Assembly (NCBI RefSeq): GCF_964213995.1 | Contig: NW_027590140.1 | Location: forward strand, 496,001-560,000 | Length of the DNA: 64,000 nt | Direction of reading: 5' to 3' | Origin: Mustelus asterias | Taxonomy: Eukaryota | Shown here: one piece after another, positions 12,668 to 26,700 of the stretch | Layout of the letters: each line of letters starts with the position of its first letter | How positions within the stretch are numbered: the stretch's first letter is position 1 | Position numbers and translations under genes: made by a program | The notes under the pieces: model-generated | Database searches by the model: none | Told to the model about the DNA's origin: nothing | What the model saw: only the letters and a program-made list of their open reading frames with translations

Positions 12668-14040
12668 GTAAGAGCGATGCACTTATTGAATAATTGGTTT
12701 ACATGTGTCTTTGTTTTATATTTTTGTCTATACTAATAATCCATTTGTTTACTTAAATGTGGGTTTGGTGGATTTTTAACACGTTTCTCTGTTCCAATAA
12801 GACATTGGTAGTAAACGTGAAAAGTAAAATATTACAATGTGATTAGATTTAAGTAAATGAATGACAGATGTCTGAATGTTTCGATTCAGTAATTTCAAAT
12901 TATTGTTTAACATTGTCTAAGATTTAATTGTAACCTAATTATTTAACAATGTTAAAGGCAGAAGCACGTTTTGAATGATTGAAAACTCATTTTATTGGAG
13001 TACAAATCAGCTGACAGGAGAATTAACTGACAATTAACAACAACTTAAAATATAATATTGATGCTGATTAATTTAAAACAAAAGAACTTGGATACTGTAC
13101 AGGCGTGCAAAATACAATTAGATTTAGAGAATATTTAATTGTATCGAAAATGAATTCAGAAACAAAACATTTCTTTACTCAGCTATGCTCAGCTTGGTAA
13201 AGTGTTTTGCCTTGATTATTTTGTTCACTATATTTAATTAAGTAATTAACTCGAATCAGATAATGATTTTCAATGTAAATGTTTCCCGATTTGTTTAATT
13301 CTGACTGGGTCACTGCATCTCTGTTAGGGACATTGAACTGTCCTGAACCTGTTACTTTTGATTGCTCATGTTCAGCAAAATTACATTTTTACATAGTTTT
13401 CGAGAAGTGAGACAGAGAAATAATTAACAGTTGAAAGGAGTTCTGAAATGAATATCAGTTTAATTTAAAATAGGTTATTCATTTTCTGTTGTGGTAAGTT
13501 GGCCATTTGATCAATTAGAATCCAACAATTTGAATGTAATTGACAGATTGAACAGATTTATCTGCTGGGCACTGGATTGTTGCACCATTTGTGTCTGTTC
13601 TGTTTCTGTGCGCGTGGTCACTGTGTTGGCACCAAGAATCTGCCTGACTGGTTATCAACCTTTTGGTTCCTTCCCCTATATTTCAGGGAGTGAAAATTGA
13701 TTTATTTCTTCAATAAACTTGTATCTGTGAGAAACGTGACAGTTTGATTTGATGTTTGACTCGGCGTCTCAGAAATGAGATCCCTAAAGCACATTGTGAC
13801 CGTTAGAGAGAGCAGAAACGTCAGACTGTAGAAAGAGATTCGGTTGATTTTTAACCAGTGATATACCGGCTTTGGGAACTTTGGATGAACAAAGGGAGAT
13901 TTACTATATTGTACTCTATACTAGAGCAGTCCCTGACCTGTTTAGGAGAACAGTTGCAGGGTCAAATTCGTTTGCATGTTATTCTTAATTTCTAAAGGCA
14001 ATTTAGAGTCGCTTGCAAAGCAAGAATTTTAAATATGTCC

Positions 14041-14480
14041 CTACATAATTGTTCCTTGGGAAATAATTGATATTAAGTATCCTTGAATAACTGCAGTGCA
14101 TATGCTGCAGGCATCCGCCGTGCGGTTAGGCAGGATGTTCCAGGATTTTGACCCAGCGACTGTGAAGGAACTGAGGTATTGTTTCAAGTCAAGATGGTGT
14201 GTGTCTTGCAGGGGAGCTTGCAGGTGATAGTGTTCATGTGTGGCTGCTGCCCTTGGCTTGTTAGGATGTAAAGGCAGCGGGTTTGGACAGTGTTTTCTAT
14301 GGAGTCTTGGTGAGTTGCTGCAGTGCATCTTGTATATAATACACACTGCTGTCACTGCTTGTTAGTGATAGAGAGAGTGAATAGGGTGAATGAGGGGGCG
14401 GATAATCTTGTGGGTGGCTTTGTCCTGGATTGTGTCAAATTTCTTGAGTTTTTGCAATGTTTCGCTCATTGAGGAAAGAG
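14041..14480 (-). mobile_element. Old LINE 3' fragment in J-C intron
   Basis: ORF AVCIIYKMHCSNSPRL...SFTVAGSKSWN resembles the C-terminus of a CR1/L2-like ORF2. Confidence 0.6.
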
Positions 14481-14486
14481 GAAATT

Positions 14487-15564
14487 AAGACCATAAGACC
14501 ATAAGACATAGGAGCGGAAGTAAGGCCATTCGGCCCATCGAGTCCACTCCACCATTCAATCATGGTTGATTTCAACTCCATTTACCCGCTCTCTCCCCAT
14601 AGCCCTTAATTCCTCGAGAAATCAAGAATTTATCAATTTCTGTCTTGAAGACGCTCAACGTCTCGGCCTCCACAGCCCTCTGTGGCAATGAATTCCACAG
14701 ACCCACCACTCTCTGGCTGAAGAAATTTCTCCTCATCTCTGTTCTAAAGTGACTCCCTTTTATTCTAAGGCTGTGCCCCCGCGTCCTAGTCTCCCCTGTT
14801 AATGGAAACAACTTCCCTACGTCCATCCTGTCTAAGCCGTTCATTATCTTGTAAGTTTCTATCAGATCTCCCCTCAACCTCCTAAACTCCAATGAATATA
14901 ATCCCACGATCCTCAGACGTTCATCGTATGTCAGGCCTACCATTCCTGGGATCATCCGTGTGAATCTCCGCTGGACCCGCTCCAGTGCCAGTATGTCCTT
15001 CCTGAGGTGTGGGGCCCAAAATTGCTCACAGTACTCCAAATGGGGCCTAACCAGTGCTTTATAAAGCCTCAGAAGTACATCCCTGCTTTTGTATTCCAAG
15101 CCTCTTGAGATAAATGACAACATTACATTTGCTTTCTTAATTACGGACTCAACCTGCAAGTTTACCTTTAGAGAATCCTGGACTAGGACTCCCAAGTCCC
15201 TTTGCACTTTAGCATTATGAATTTTGTCACCGTTTAGAAAATAGTCCATGCCTCTATTCTTTTTTCCAAAGTGTACGACCTCGCACTTGCCCACGTTGAA
15301 TTTCATCAGCCACTTCTTGGACCACTCTCCTAAACTGTCTAAATCTTTCTGCAGCCTCCCCACCTCCTCAATACTACCTGCCCCTCCACCTATCTTTGTA
15401 TCATCGGCAAACTTGGCCAGAATGCTCCCAGTCCCGTCATCTAGATCGTTAATATATAAAGAGAACAGCTGTGGCCCCAACACTGAACCCTGCGGGACAC
15501 CACTTGTCACCGGTTGCCATTCTGAGAAAGAACCTTTTATCCCAACTCTCTGCCTTCTGTCTGA
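14487..15564 (-). mobile_element. Young 5'-truncated CR1 LINE
   Basis: Uninterrupted RT ORF 14572-15510 (GVPQGS, FADD), (ctatggt)n-type tail, possible ATTA target-site duplication. Confidence 0.92.
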
Positions 15565-15724
15565 TTATTCAATTGTGACTGACTTGTGAAAGATTTAAAT
15601 GTTTTTCCAACCCTTGGCCTGAGGTCCGTATTGTGCTCACTTGTCACTCCCATTTACTGTGTGAGTGGGTGAGTGTGTATGTGAAGTGAGGGTGTTTTTC
15701 CAGACTGAATCAGCCAGATAGAGA

Positions 15725-17625
15725 CTTGCGCACATCACACACTCTCATACATATAAATGCACACATACACATTCTCATAGTCTCTCACACATGTCCACAT
15801 ACATATTCACACTTACTTTCTCTCTCATCCGATCTCTCTCACACACCCATACACATGCTCTCACATAAACTCTCTCAAATACAAATACATACATACTCTC
15901 GGTCTCTCAATCAGTCTCTCATACCACCATACACAAAAGCACTCACACGCACACCCCCGACACACATTCTCTCTGGCACACAGCCACACACTCTCACATA
16001 AGCACAGTCTCACACTCTCGCACACGCACTCTCACATGCATTCTCTCTCCCACACTCTGTCACACACGCTCAAGCTGTCTCACATTTATTCACACACGCT
16101 CTCACAATTCCTCTTGCACACACACATCTCTTTCTCTCTCTCTCACGCACACACACACGCATATATTTCTATGTCTCTTGCACACACTATCTCACATCTG
16201 TACATTCTTGCTCTCACACACTGGCTCTCTCACAAACACTCTCTCACAAATATAGACCCACGCACGCACTCTAACACACACTCTTCCGCACAGACCCAGT
16301 CTCTCACATAAGCACAGTCTCGCACACACATTTTCCCTCACATACACACACATGCACTATCCCTCTCACATTCCTTCTTCCGTGCTCTCACTCCATCTCA
16401 CACTCATTTGCATGCTCGCTCTCTCTCTCACACGAATACTTGCACACGCATTCTCTCACACAGGCGCATTTTTCTCTCTCTTTCACCCGCTCACTCCCTT
16501 ACACATTGTCTCACACACGCACAATCTCGCTCTCAAACTCTGTATCTCACAAACACCCCCTCTCTCACACGCACACAGTCTCTCCGTCTCTCACATATGA
16601 ACACATATGTATACACAATGTATCTCTCTTAAACACTCCACCTATCACAGACACATGTTCTCGCAACCGTTATTTCACTCACACACACTCACGCATCCAT
16701 TCTGTCTAATTTTCACAGTTTTTTTCACTCACACACACTCTCCCCGCCCCTCCACGCAAACACACACGCACACACATATACTTTGAAGAACAGAGAAGTA
16801 CTCTCACACACATAAAAAATAACTCTTCAAACACACACTCTCTCTCGCACACACGCATTCTCTATCTCACATATCCTTTCTCTCACGCACACTCTCTCTT
16901 CTTGTACACACAGACCACTGTCTCACACACGTGCAAAACAATCATGTGTCTGACACACTCTCACACACATAAACCACACACAACGTCTCTCTCTCACACA
17001 AAAATTCTCTCTCTCTGTCTCACACACGCACACACACATACATACACACACACAGAGATACACACACACACACACACACACTCAAACACATTGCTTCTAT
17101 CACCCACACACATTGCACATATCTTTCTCACTCACACACAATCCCATGTACACTTTCAGACACTGATGAACATATTATTTTGCTTTCCAATAGGCACTCC
17201 CTCTCACACACACTGTCTTTCACATGAGCACAACACTCTCTCCCACACACACACCCTCCCTCAAGCACACACACTCTCTTTCATAGACACCTTGTATCTC
17301 ATATAGACACACTCCTTTTCACATAAACACACACTCAATCACACACCGAAGTACTCCCTCACACAGACTGCCCACACACACTTTCAAGAAGAGACACACT
17401 CTCACACACAAAGAATAACTCTTCAAACACGCATTCTCTCTCACACACACATTATCTCACACACCCTTTCTCTCACGCACACTCTCCCCTCTTGCAGACA
17501 GAGCCCACTGTCTCACACACGTGCAAACGTAGTCTATCACACACAGGCACCCTCACACACACATTCACCCCCTCTCTCTCTCTCACACATCCAAACACCC
17601 TCACACACTTTCCATCTCACATAGT
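15725..17625. repeat. (CA)n/(CT)n-rich low-complexity array
   Basis: Dense acac/tctc dinucleotide repeats, with an internal duplication of ~16770-16970 at ~17370-17560. Confidence 0.9.
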
Positions 17626-17658
17626 CAGAGTGTTTGTCCTTGACATCATAAATGGAAG

Positions 17659-17962
17659 CATAGGGTCCTACAGTGCAGAAGGGGGCCATTCAGCCCATCG
17701 ATTCTGCACCAACAGCAATCCCACCAAAGCCCTATCCCCATAACCACATGTATTTACCCTAACTAGTCCCTCTGACACTAAGGGGCAATTTAGCACGGCC
17801 AATCCACCGAACCCGCACATCTTTGGACTGTGGGAGGAAACAGGAGCACCCGAAGGAAACCCAAGCAGACACGGGGTGAACTTGCAAACTCCACACAGAC
17901 AGTGAGCCAAGTCGGGAATCAAACTGTGAGGCAGCAGTGCTAATCACCGTGCCACAGCCCGC
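17659..17962 (-). mobile_element. HE1/V-SINE
   Basis: Reverse complement of the SINE at 6591. Confidence 0.8.
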
Positions 17963-18402
17963 CCCCCCCCCCCCCCACCCGTCATGCTTAGCACAAAGCA
18001 AGATGATATTGGTTGTTGGAGGTCAAACATCTAAGTTCAGATTTCACTGCAAAAGTTCGGCAGAGGATTGTTCTGGAGCCAACAATCTTCTACTGCTTCA
18101 TCAAAGATATTCCATCCAACATGAGGTCAGAAGTAGAGATTTCCATGTGTTACACCGGACACAAAGACACAATAAGTAAGAAGGGACTTGGCTGAGACCA
18201 AGGCCGCCTAGCTCCCCAATACTGGTGTAAACTTGGTGTTTGATTCCTGTGCGACCCATTCTGGTTACGCTGTAAGCTTCCCTTCCAGCTCCCTCAGTCT
18301 GTCTATTCATTAACTGATACGTGTTTCTTAAAGAAAGACACCGACATTAACCAGCTGCCCGGTGATCTATACTGCTGCCTGACTTTACACAGCCCTGTTA
18401 CA

Positions 18403-20620
18403 GAACAAAGAACAAAGAACAAAGAACAATACAGCACAGGAACAGGCCCTTCGGCCCTCCAAGCCCGCGCCGCTCCCCGGTCCAGGATTGAATCCTGAAT
18501 CCAGGATCCCCGCCCAATTTTCCAGCCTATCTACATACCAATATCCTATCCACCGAGCTGTCCCTCACAGCTACGATGCTTTGTTCATTACAACCTATTA
18601 ACTTACCCCCACCCCCCCATTCCAGACCATGTGATCTCCAGGGAGAGGCGAAAACCCAGAGTGAAAAACCCCAGGGCCAATATGGGGAAAAAAAAATCTG
18701 GGAAATTCCTCTCCGACCCCCTGAGGCGATCGAAACGAGTCCAGGAGATCACAATGGCCCCGATCGGAAAATGCTTCCCAACCCTAGTCATTTCCACTTC
18801 CACGAACACCATATGAATTCCCTGCCCCCGAGACAGGTTCCCAACTATCCGCAGTCTCACTCTGTACTGGCACCAGCAAGATGATCGTAGAATGAAGCCT
18901 TGAAACGAGAAACCAGGAACAATTAGCCCGCGCCGCTCCCTGGTCCAAACTAGACCACTCTTTTGTATCCCTCCATTCCCACTCCGTTCATATAGCTGTC
19001 TAGATAAGTCTTAAACGTTCCCAGTGTGTCCGCCTCCACCACCTTGCCCGGCAACACATTCCAGGCCCCCACGACCGTCTGTGTGAAATATGTCCTTCTG
19101 ATATCTGTGTTAAACCTCCCCCCCTTCACCTTGAACCTATGACCCCTCGTGAACGTCACCACCGACCCGGGGAAAAGCTTCCCACCGTTCACCCTATCTA
19201 TGCCTTTCATAATTTTATACACCTCTATTAAGTCTCCCCTCATCCTCCGTCTTTCCAAGGAGAACAACCCCAGTTTACATCCTGGTAAACCTCCTCTGTA
19301 CTCTCTCCAAAGCCTCCACGTCCTTCTGGTAGTGTGGCGACCAGAACTGGACGCAGTATTCCAAATGCGGCCGAACCAACGTTCTATACATCTGCAACAT
19401 CAGACCCCAACTTTTATACTCTATGCCCCGTCCTATAAAGGCAAGCATGCCATATGCCTTCTTCACCACCTTCTCCACCTGTGACGTCACCTTCAAAGAT
19501 CTGTGGACTTGCACACCCAGGTCCCTCTGCGTCTCTACACCCTTTATGGTTCTTCCATTTATCGTGTAGCTCCTCCCTACATTATTCCCACCAAAATGCA
19601 TCACTTCGCATTTATCAGGATTGAACTCCATCTGCCATTTCCTTGCCCAAATTTCCAGCCTATCTATATCCTTCTGTAGCCTCTGACAATGTTCCTCACT
19701 ATCTGCAAGTCCTGCCAGTTTTGTGTCGTCCGCAAACTTACTGATCACCCCAGTTACTCCTTCTTCCAGATCATTTATATAAATCACAAACAGCAGAGGT
19801 CCCAATACAGAGCCCTGCGGAACACCACTAGTCACAGGCCTCCAGCCGGAAAAAGACCCTTCCACTACCACCCTCTGTCTTCTATGACCAAGCCAGTTCT
19901 CCACCCATCTAGCCACCTCCCCCTTTATCCCATGGGATCCAACCTTTTTCACTAGCCTACCATGAGGGACTTTGTCAAATGCTTTACTAAAATCCATATA
20001 GACAACATCCACGGCCCTTCCTTCGTCAACCATTTTGGTCACTTCTTCAAAAAACACCACCAGGTTCGTGAGGCATGACCTCCCCCTCACAAAACCATGT
20101 TGACTATCGTTAATGAGTTTATTCCTTTCTAAATGCGCATACATCCTATCTTTAAGAATCTTCTCCAACAACTTCCCCACCACGGACGTCAAGCTCACCG
20201 GCCTATAATTACCCGGGTTATCCTTCCTACCCTTCTTAAATAACGGGACCACATTGGCTATCCTCCAATCCTCTGGGACCTCACCTGTGTCCAGTGACGA
20301 GACAAAGATTTGCGTCAGAGGCCCAACGATTTCACCTCTCGTCTCCCTGAGCAGCCTTGGATAGATTCCATCAGGCCCTGGGGATTTGTCAGTCTTTATA
20401 TTCTCTAACAAACCTAACACTTCCTCCTTTGTAATGGAGATTTTCTCCAACGGTTCAACACTCCCCTCCGAGACACTCCCAGTCAACACATCCCTCTCCT
20501 TAGTGAATACCGACGCAAAGTATTCATTTAGGATCTCCCCTACCTCTTTGGGCTCCAAGCATAAGTCCCCACTTTTGTCCCTGAGAGGTCCGATTTTTTC
20601 CCTTACAACCCTTTTGTTCC
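18403..20620 (-). mobile_element. CR1 LINE, 5'-truncated, with (gaacaaa)n tail
   Basis: RT ORF 19275-~20620 (YRPVSLT, DFSKAFD, PQGS, FADD) plus C-terminal ORF 18950-19267, with a small deletion between them. Confidence 0.92.
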
Positions 20621-20679
20621 CAGAAAGCTGATCAATGTAGACAATCGGGAAAAGGAGGAAGAGGAGGAGGTGGCCCACT

Positions 20680-22160
20680 TCTTCACTCACCCTGAATCAC
20701 TCATCCTCACTCAAAGAACTTCACTCACTCACCCTCACTTACCCACCTTCCCTCGCTGACAAACTCTCGCTCACTCATCCCTGCTCACTCATCCCCACGC
20801 ACTCTCCCTTGCTCACTCATCCAACCTCACACACTCACCCTCACACACTCACCCTCACACACTGAGCCTCACACACTCAACCTCACACACTCAACCTTAC
20901 ATACTCACCATCACACACTCACACTCACACACTGAGCCTCACACACTCAACCTCACACACTCAACCTTACATACTCACCCTCACACACTCACACTCAGAA
21001 ACTCACTGATCCTCATTCACCCTGAGTCACTCAACCTCACACCCTCACTCACTCACAATCACTCACAAACATTCGCTCACTCACTCTCACCCATCCTCGC
21101 TCACTCACCCACACTCATTCACACACCCTCACTCACTCACACACCCTCACTCAACCTCACTCATTCAACCTCAATCACACATCCTGAGTCACTCATCCTC
21201 ACACCCTCACTTACTGCCTCACATTCACTCACTTTCATTCACTCACTCTCACACCCTCATTCACGCACTGTCACTCAGCCACCCACACTCACACACCATC
21301 ACACACTCAACCTCACTCACTAACCCTCAGTCACTCACTCAGACCCTCAGTCACTCACCAACACTCATACTCACCCTCATTCACTCACCCTACTTACCCA
21401 CCCTCACTCACCCAGTCTCACTCACTCATCGCACTTACCCACCCTCACTCAGCCAGTCTCACTCACTCTCACTCACCCTCACTCACTCTCGCCACTTACC
21501 GACCCTCACTCACCCAGACTCACCTCCACACACTCAAGCTCAATCTTCCTCTCTCTTTCACTTACACCACCTCACCCATTCAAACTCACTCAGACTCACG
21601 CACCTACATTCACTCACACACCCTCACGTACACACCATCACTCAACTTCACCCACCCTAACTCACAGATGCTCAATCACTCATCCTCACTCAAACACCTT
21701 CACTCACTCATCCTCACTCACCCACCCATCCGCATTCATTCTCCCTCACACACTCTCACACACCACCCCTAATAATACACTCTGACTCACTCACTCTCTC
21801 ACCCTCACTTACTAAGTCATATTCACTCCCTCACCCTCATTCACTCGCTCTCACTCACCCACCTTCGCTAACCTTCACGTATCCTCACTCACTCACTCTC
21901 ATTCATTCATTCTCGCTCACCGACACTCACTCACCCACATTCACTCACCCCCCCCTCACACACCCTCATGTACTCACGCCCTCTCACCCTCGCCCACACT
22001 TACTCACTCACCCTCAATTACTCATCCTCACTCAAAGAATTTCATTCACTCACCCTCACTTATCCACCTTCCGTCACTCACATACCATCACTCATCCACT
22101 CTCACTCCTTCAATCACTCACCCTCACGCACTCACATTCTCTCACTCACCCTCACTAAAT
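20680..22160. repeat. (CTCA/CACT)n low-complexity array
   Basis: Continuous cactca/ccctca repeats, almost G-free on the + strand. Confidence 0.9.
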
Positions 22161-22289
22161 CTGTGTGGGGAGGTCTGCAACGAGAGAGAGGAAAGATCTC
22201 CAGCGGCAGTTTGGTGTTCAAATGTGGGAGCTGCCCTGCGAATGCAGAGAGCTGGGGGGAATCCCTGGGGGCTCAGGGCCAAGGACAAT

Positions 22290-22935
22290 GGCAAAGAGCC
22301 GGGGAGAACAGGAAGCGTGGTAAAGGGCAGAGAGCAGGGGGGGGGGAGGGGGGAGGACAGAGAGCCTGGGGAAAGGGCACACAGCCGGGCAACAGGGCTG
22401 AGAGCCGGGGGAAGGGCATAGAGCCAGGAGAAAGGGTAGAGAGCCAGGAGAAAGGGCAGGGAGCTAGGTGAAAGGCAAAGAACCAGGGGAAAGGGCAGAG
22501 AGACGGGGAAAGGGCAGAGAGATGGGGGAAAGGGCAGAGAGACCAGGGAAAGGGGAGAGAGCCAGGAATAAGGGCAGGGACGCCGGGGAAACGACAGGGA
22601 GCCGAGGAATAGTGCAAGAGAGCCCAGGGGAAAGGGCAGAGAGTCAGGGGGAAAGGCAGAGAGTCAGGGGGAAAGGGCAGAGAGCCGGGGGAACGGTCAG
22701 AGAGCCAGGGGAAAGGGGAAAGTGGATAGGGAGCAGGGACTCCGGGCAGAGAGCCGGGGGAAAGTGTAGGGAGCTGAGGGAAAGGGCAGATAGCCGGGGG
22801 AGAGGGCACAGAGCTGGAGGGAAGTGTAGAGAGCCAGGTGGAAGTGCGGAGAGCCGGGTGAAAGGGGAAAAGAGCCACAGGGAATAGCAGAGAGCCAGGG
22901 GAAAGGGCAGAGAGTCGGGGAAAATGGGCAGAGAG
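22290..22935 (+). repeat. G/A-rich ~20-bp tandem repeat
   Basis: Repeated gggaaagggcagagagcc(a/g)g units. Confidence 0.9.
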
Positions 22936-23913
22936 TGGATGATCGACGTGCGGAGTGAGGATGTGCAAAATAGAGTGAGCACCACAACCAGATCATCTGT
23001 AATCTCAGTGAATAATGGAAGAGACTTCAGGGCCCGAATGGCCAACTCTTGCTATTAATGTATGACCCTTCAATTAGTCAATGTTGCAATTATTTGAATT
23101 TGTAATCACATTTAGAGTTTCCTGGTCATTCAGTAAGTATTCATTCCGAAGGTAGTTTTGAAGCAAAGTCACTAATCTTCGTTTTGTGGAGTGTGAGGCA
23201 GTGAGCTGGAGAGAGGAAGGGGCATCAGTTAGTTTGTACACAGGCAATATCCAAAACTACAATGTGGATATGCCGACGCTAGGTTGGTGTGGGCACAGTA
23301 AGGAGTCTCACAACACCAGGTTAAAGTACAACAGGCTTATTTGGAATCGTGAGCTTTTGGAGCTCTTTCATCAGACGAGTGGCTGATATGAATGAAGAGA
23401 CAACTTCTTCATCACAAAGTGCTGTTGTTTGAGAAATAGCTAGTGCCTGAAGTAATGGAGAAACTCTTTACACTTCTCTGTTAATCTAATGAATGGTATG
23501 TCATTACAATGACATCAAAATGTTTTTGTCTTTCCAATCTGATAGAGGTCGAGACATTGATGTGAGTTTCTACAAAGATGGCGATTCTCAAATGATAGGA
23601 GTAACAGAAGCTGAAAGGTGTATGTAGGTCTTAATCGGGAAATATTAAGTTAAGTTCATAATTCTAGACAAATCGTGATGTAGAAACATAGAAAATAGAA
23701 GCAGAAGTAGGCCATTCGGCCCTTTGACCCTGCTCTACCATTCACTTTGATCACAGCTCATCAATATCCTGACCCCGTCTACTACCCATTTCCATTGATC
23801 CCTTTAGCCCCAAGAGCTATACCTAATATAGAAACATACTTGTATAAATATGTTTGATTAATTAATAAACGCAGGTAATAGTCTAACTTGTTTAATCGAC
23901 TATTCTTTCCCAG

Positions 23914-24213
23914 CGACACCGTCTCCGCCCACTCTCTACAGCCTCGTCTCTTCCTGTCAGCAACACAACTCCGCTGGCTCCATCACCTACGGCTGTTTGG
24001 CGATGGACTATTCTCCAGATGTCTCCAAACTGACCTGGAAGAAAAATGGGCAGCTGATCGCCACTGGATTTAAGACTTATCCATCAGTGAGAAACACGAA
24101 GGGAACCTATACCCTGAGCAGCCAGTTAACCATCACCCAGTCAGAGGGAGAGTGCAGCAAAATCGACTGTGAGGTTCGACACAGCGACTCCGTCAAGAGC
24201 ATTGAAATGCAAT
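23914..24213 (+). CDS. IGHM: IgM constant exon CH1
   Basis: Acceptor ttcccag; [42 protein letters not shown]; donor GTAAGT. Confidence 0.95.
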
Positions 24214-24359
24214 GTAAGTGTTGTGGAACTTGGGCAAGACAGGAACTCTGTGATTGAACTGTATAAGGCTTTAGTTATAACTGATCTGTAGCATTCTGAA
24301 AAAAAATGAATTATTCAAAATCCAGGTAAGTGTCTACTGACTGAAAAGTTGTTCAGAAC

Positions 24360-25100
24360 CAAAGAACAACAGGACTGTTACTGTGCAGAATGAGGCCATT
24401 GAGCCCATCATGTCTGTGCTGGCCAAAAGGGAGAACAAATAAACTAGCCAGACATTTGGAGCCCATTTTCCAGCCCTTGCGCCGTAGCCGTGCAGGTTAA
24501 AGCACCTGAGATGCAGACGTAATGACCTTTAAAATGACCATGCTTCCTGGTAATTGAGCCCTCGACTTGGGGAATGAATTATTTCTGCCTACGTCCCTTC
24601 TAATTTTGTGAACCACAATTATGTCACGCCTCAGCCTCCTCTTTTTCTAAGGAGAAAAACCCCTGCCTATCCAATCTCGCCTCATGGCGGGAATTTTCAG
24701 TCCCTGGCACCATTCTTGTCAGCGTCATCTCTCTCTAGAGCCATTACGTCATTCCTGCAACGTGTTGACCAGAACTGAACAGCAAACTCCAAACGTAGCC
24801 TACCTAGCGTTTTATACAGCTCCATCATTGCATCACTGTTTTTGCATTCAATATCTCACATAACAGAGGAACTAATCCGATATGCTTTCTTGATCAACTT
24901 TTCCAGCTGCCCTACCATCTACAAGGACCTGTGGACATGCACTCCATGGTCTTGCATTTCCTCAATCCCTCGAAATCTTCCATTTTATCGACTATTCCCT
25001 TGCTTTGTTTGCCCTCCCAAATTCATTGCGTGGCACTTTTGACGGTTGAATTCCATTCGCTATTTCCCTACCAATTCAACCAAACCATGGATATAATTCC
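24360..25100 (-). mobile_element. Old degraded CR1 fragment in CH1-CH2 intron
   Basis: Remnants of CR1 3' ORF and tail sequence. Confidence 0.6.
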
Positions 25101-25193
25101 CAAATTGGCAGCTCCGGTGCTAAAATAAAAGCATTAATTTTAATTGTTGTCAGTTGAACCTTCAAGTAACGTCTAAACGTGTGTTTGTTGAAG

Positions 25194-25499
25194 GCGACAT
25201 CCCCCCAACCGTTATCCTCACCGTGAGTTCCAGTGAAGAAATCACAAGCAGGAAATTTGCAACCATCGTCTGTTCAATCATCGATTTCCAGCCAAAGTCA
25301 GTGACGGTGGAGTGGCTGAAGAATGGGCAGCCCATGGATTCAGGAATTGCCACCTCTCCTGCCTGTGAAGTGAACGGAAACTTCTCGGCGAGCAGTCGGC
25401 TGACAGTCTCCGCTGGGGAATGGTCCAGCAAAACGGTCTATACCTGTCAGGTCACTCATCAAGGACTCACTCAGAGTCAGAACATCACCGGATCTCTGG
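25194..25499 (+). CDS. IGHM: IgM constant exon CH2
   Basis: [34 protein letters not shown]; phase-1 splice sites. Confidence 0.95.
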
Positions 25500-26391
25500 G
25501 TAAGGGATGCAAACCGAGGGAAAACAAATCATTCCGCTGTTAATCGGAATTAGAGATTTATTGAAGTTCGTGCGAAGCATAGAGCTGTCATGTAGTTTGC
25601 TGCAGTCGGATAGCGCCTCATTCAGAATTTCATCACATCAGCAATTATTTTTATTCTGTCATGAGATGTTCTCCATGGCCCATCCCTGACAGCACTTAAG
25701 AGTCGACGACGTTGCTGTGGATCTGGAGTCACATGCATGCCAGAGCAAGATAAAGACAGCAGATTTACACTTTAAAAGGGCATTCGTGAACCATTTACAG
25801 CAATGGCTTCATAATGATCGTTAGACTTTTAAATATCGTTTTTTAATAAAATCAAATTTGACCATTTGTGGTGGTGAGATTCGAATCTATAACCCCAGAC
25901 TTTTGCCCTAGGTTACAAACCCATTGATAACACCACCATGCCACTGCCTCTCCTTGAAACAATGCGCCCTTCTATTTTGAAGTAATATAGTGACCGAGGC
26001 GGACTTGATGTCAGCTTCTCCTGACACAGCTGGTAAAATTTGGAGAAACAGTAGGTGTCGGACTGTTTCACAGGTCACAGCGTAGGGGTAAAATGTTGGA
26101 AAGTGCATCCACCCTACTTATAAACCAACGGCCATTAATTTTTCCTGAGTTCAGGATGGTCTATTTGTGTGGGAATGCTGCAATGCTGATTCATCAGAAT
26201 GATCCCGCTGCTACAATACTTTAATAAAGAGAATAATTTCACAGAGCAACCTAGTTTTCCATTCACCATAGAAGTTGAAAGGCGATAGTTAGAGTTTGAT
26301 AACTCGAAGGCGACTTCGTCTCCTTTAGGCTGAATACTGCTGTCCTGCTTCTGAAGGAGAACTTGAGTTGGTTTTCATTTTTCATTCACAG

Positions 26392-26700
26392 GTCCTTCCC
26401 ACTGCCCGGATTCCACAGTGACAATACAACCACCACCAATAGAACAGGTCTTACTCGAGGCGACTGTGACCTTAACCTGTATCATTTTCAATTCTCCTTC
26501 CGGAGTCAACGTGTCCTGGATCCGAGACAGGAATTATTTGAAATCAGAGATTGCAGAAAAGCATGAAGAGGATCCTGACAGCATGGTCAGCAACTTAAAC
26601 ATCTCGACACAAGCCTGGCTGAGTGGGGCTGTGTTTGACTGCGTGGTGAGCCATCAGGATCTGCCGACTCCTTTAAGAAAATCCATCCACAAGGAAAGAG
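26392..26700 (+). CDS. IGHM: IgM constant exon CH3
   Basis: [45 protein letters not shown]; donor GTGAG at 26701. Confidence 0.95.

Noticed and set aside
15726-17743. His/Thr/Ser-rich ORFs
   Set aside because: Translations of CA/CT microsatellite-like DNA
21968-23045. Long Gly/Arg/Pro-rich ORFs on both strands
   Set aside because: Products of the G/A-rich tandem repeat; no splice or domain evidence
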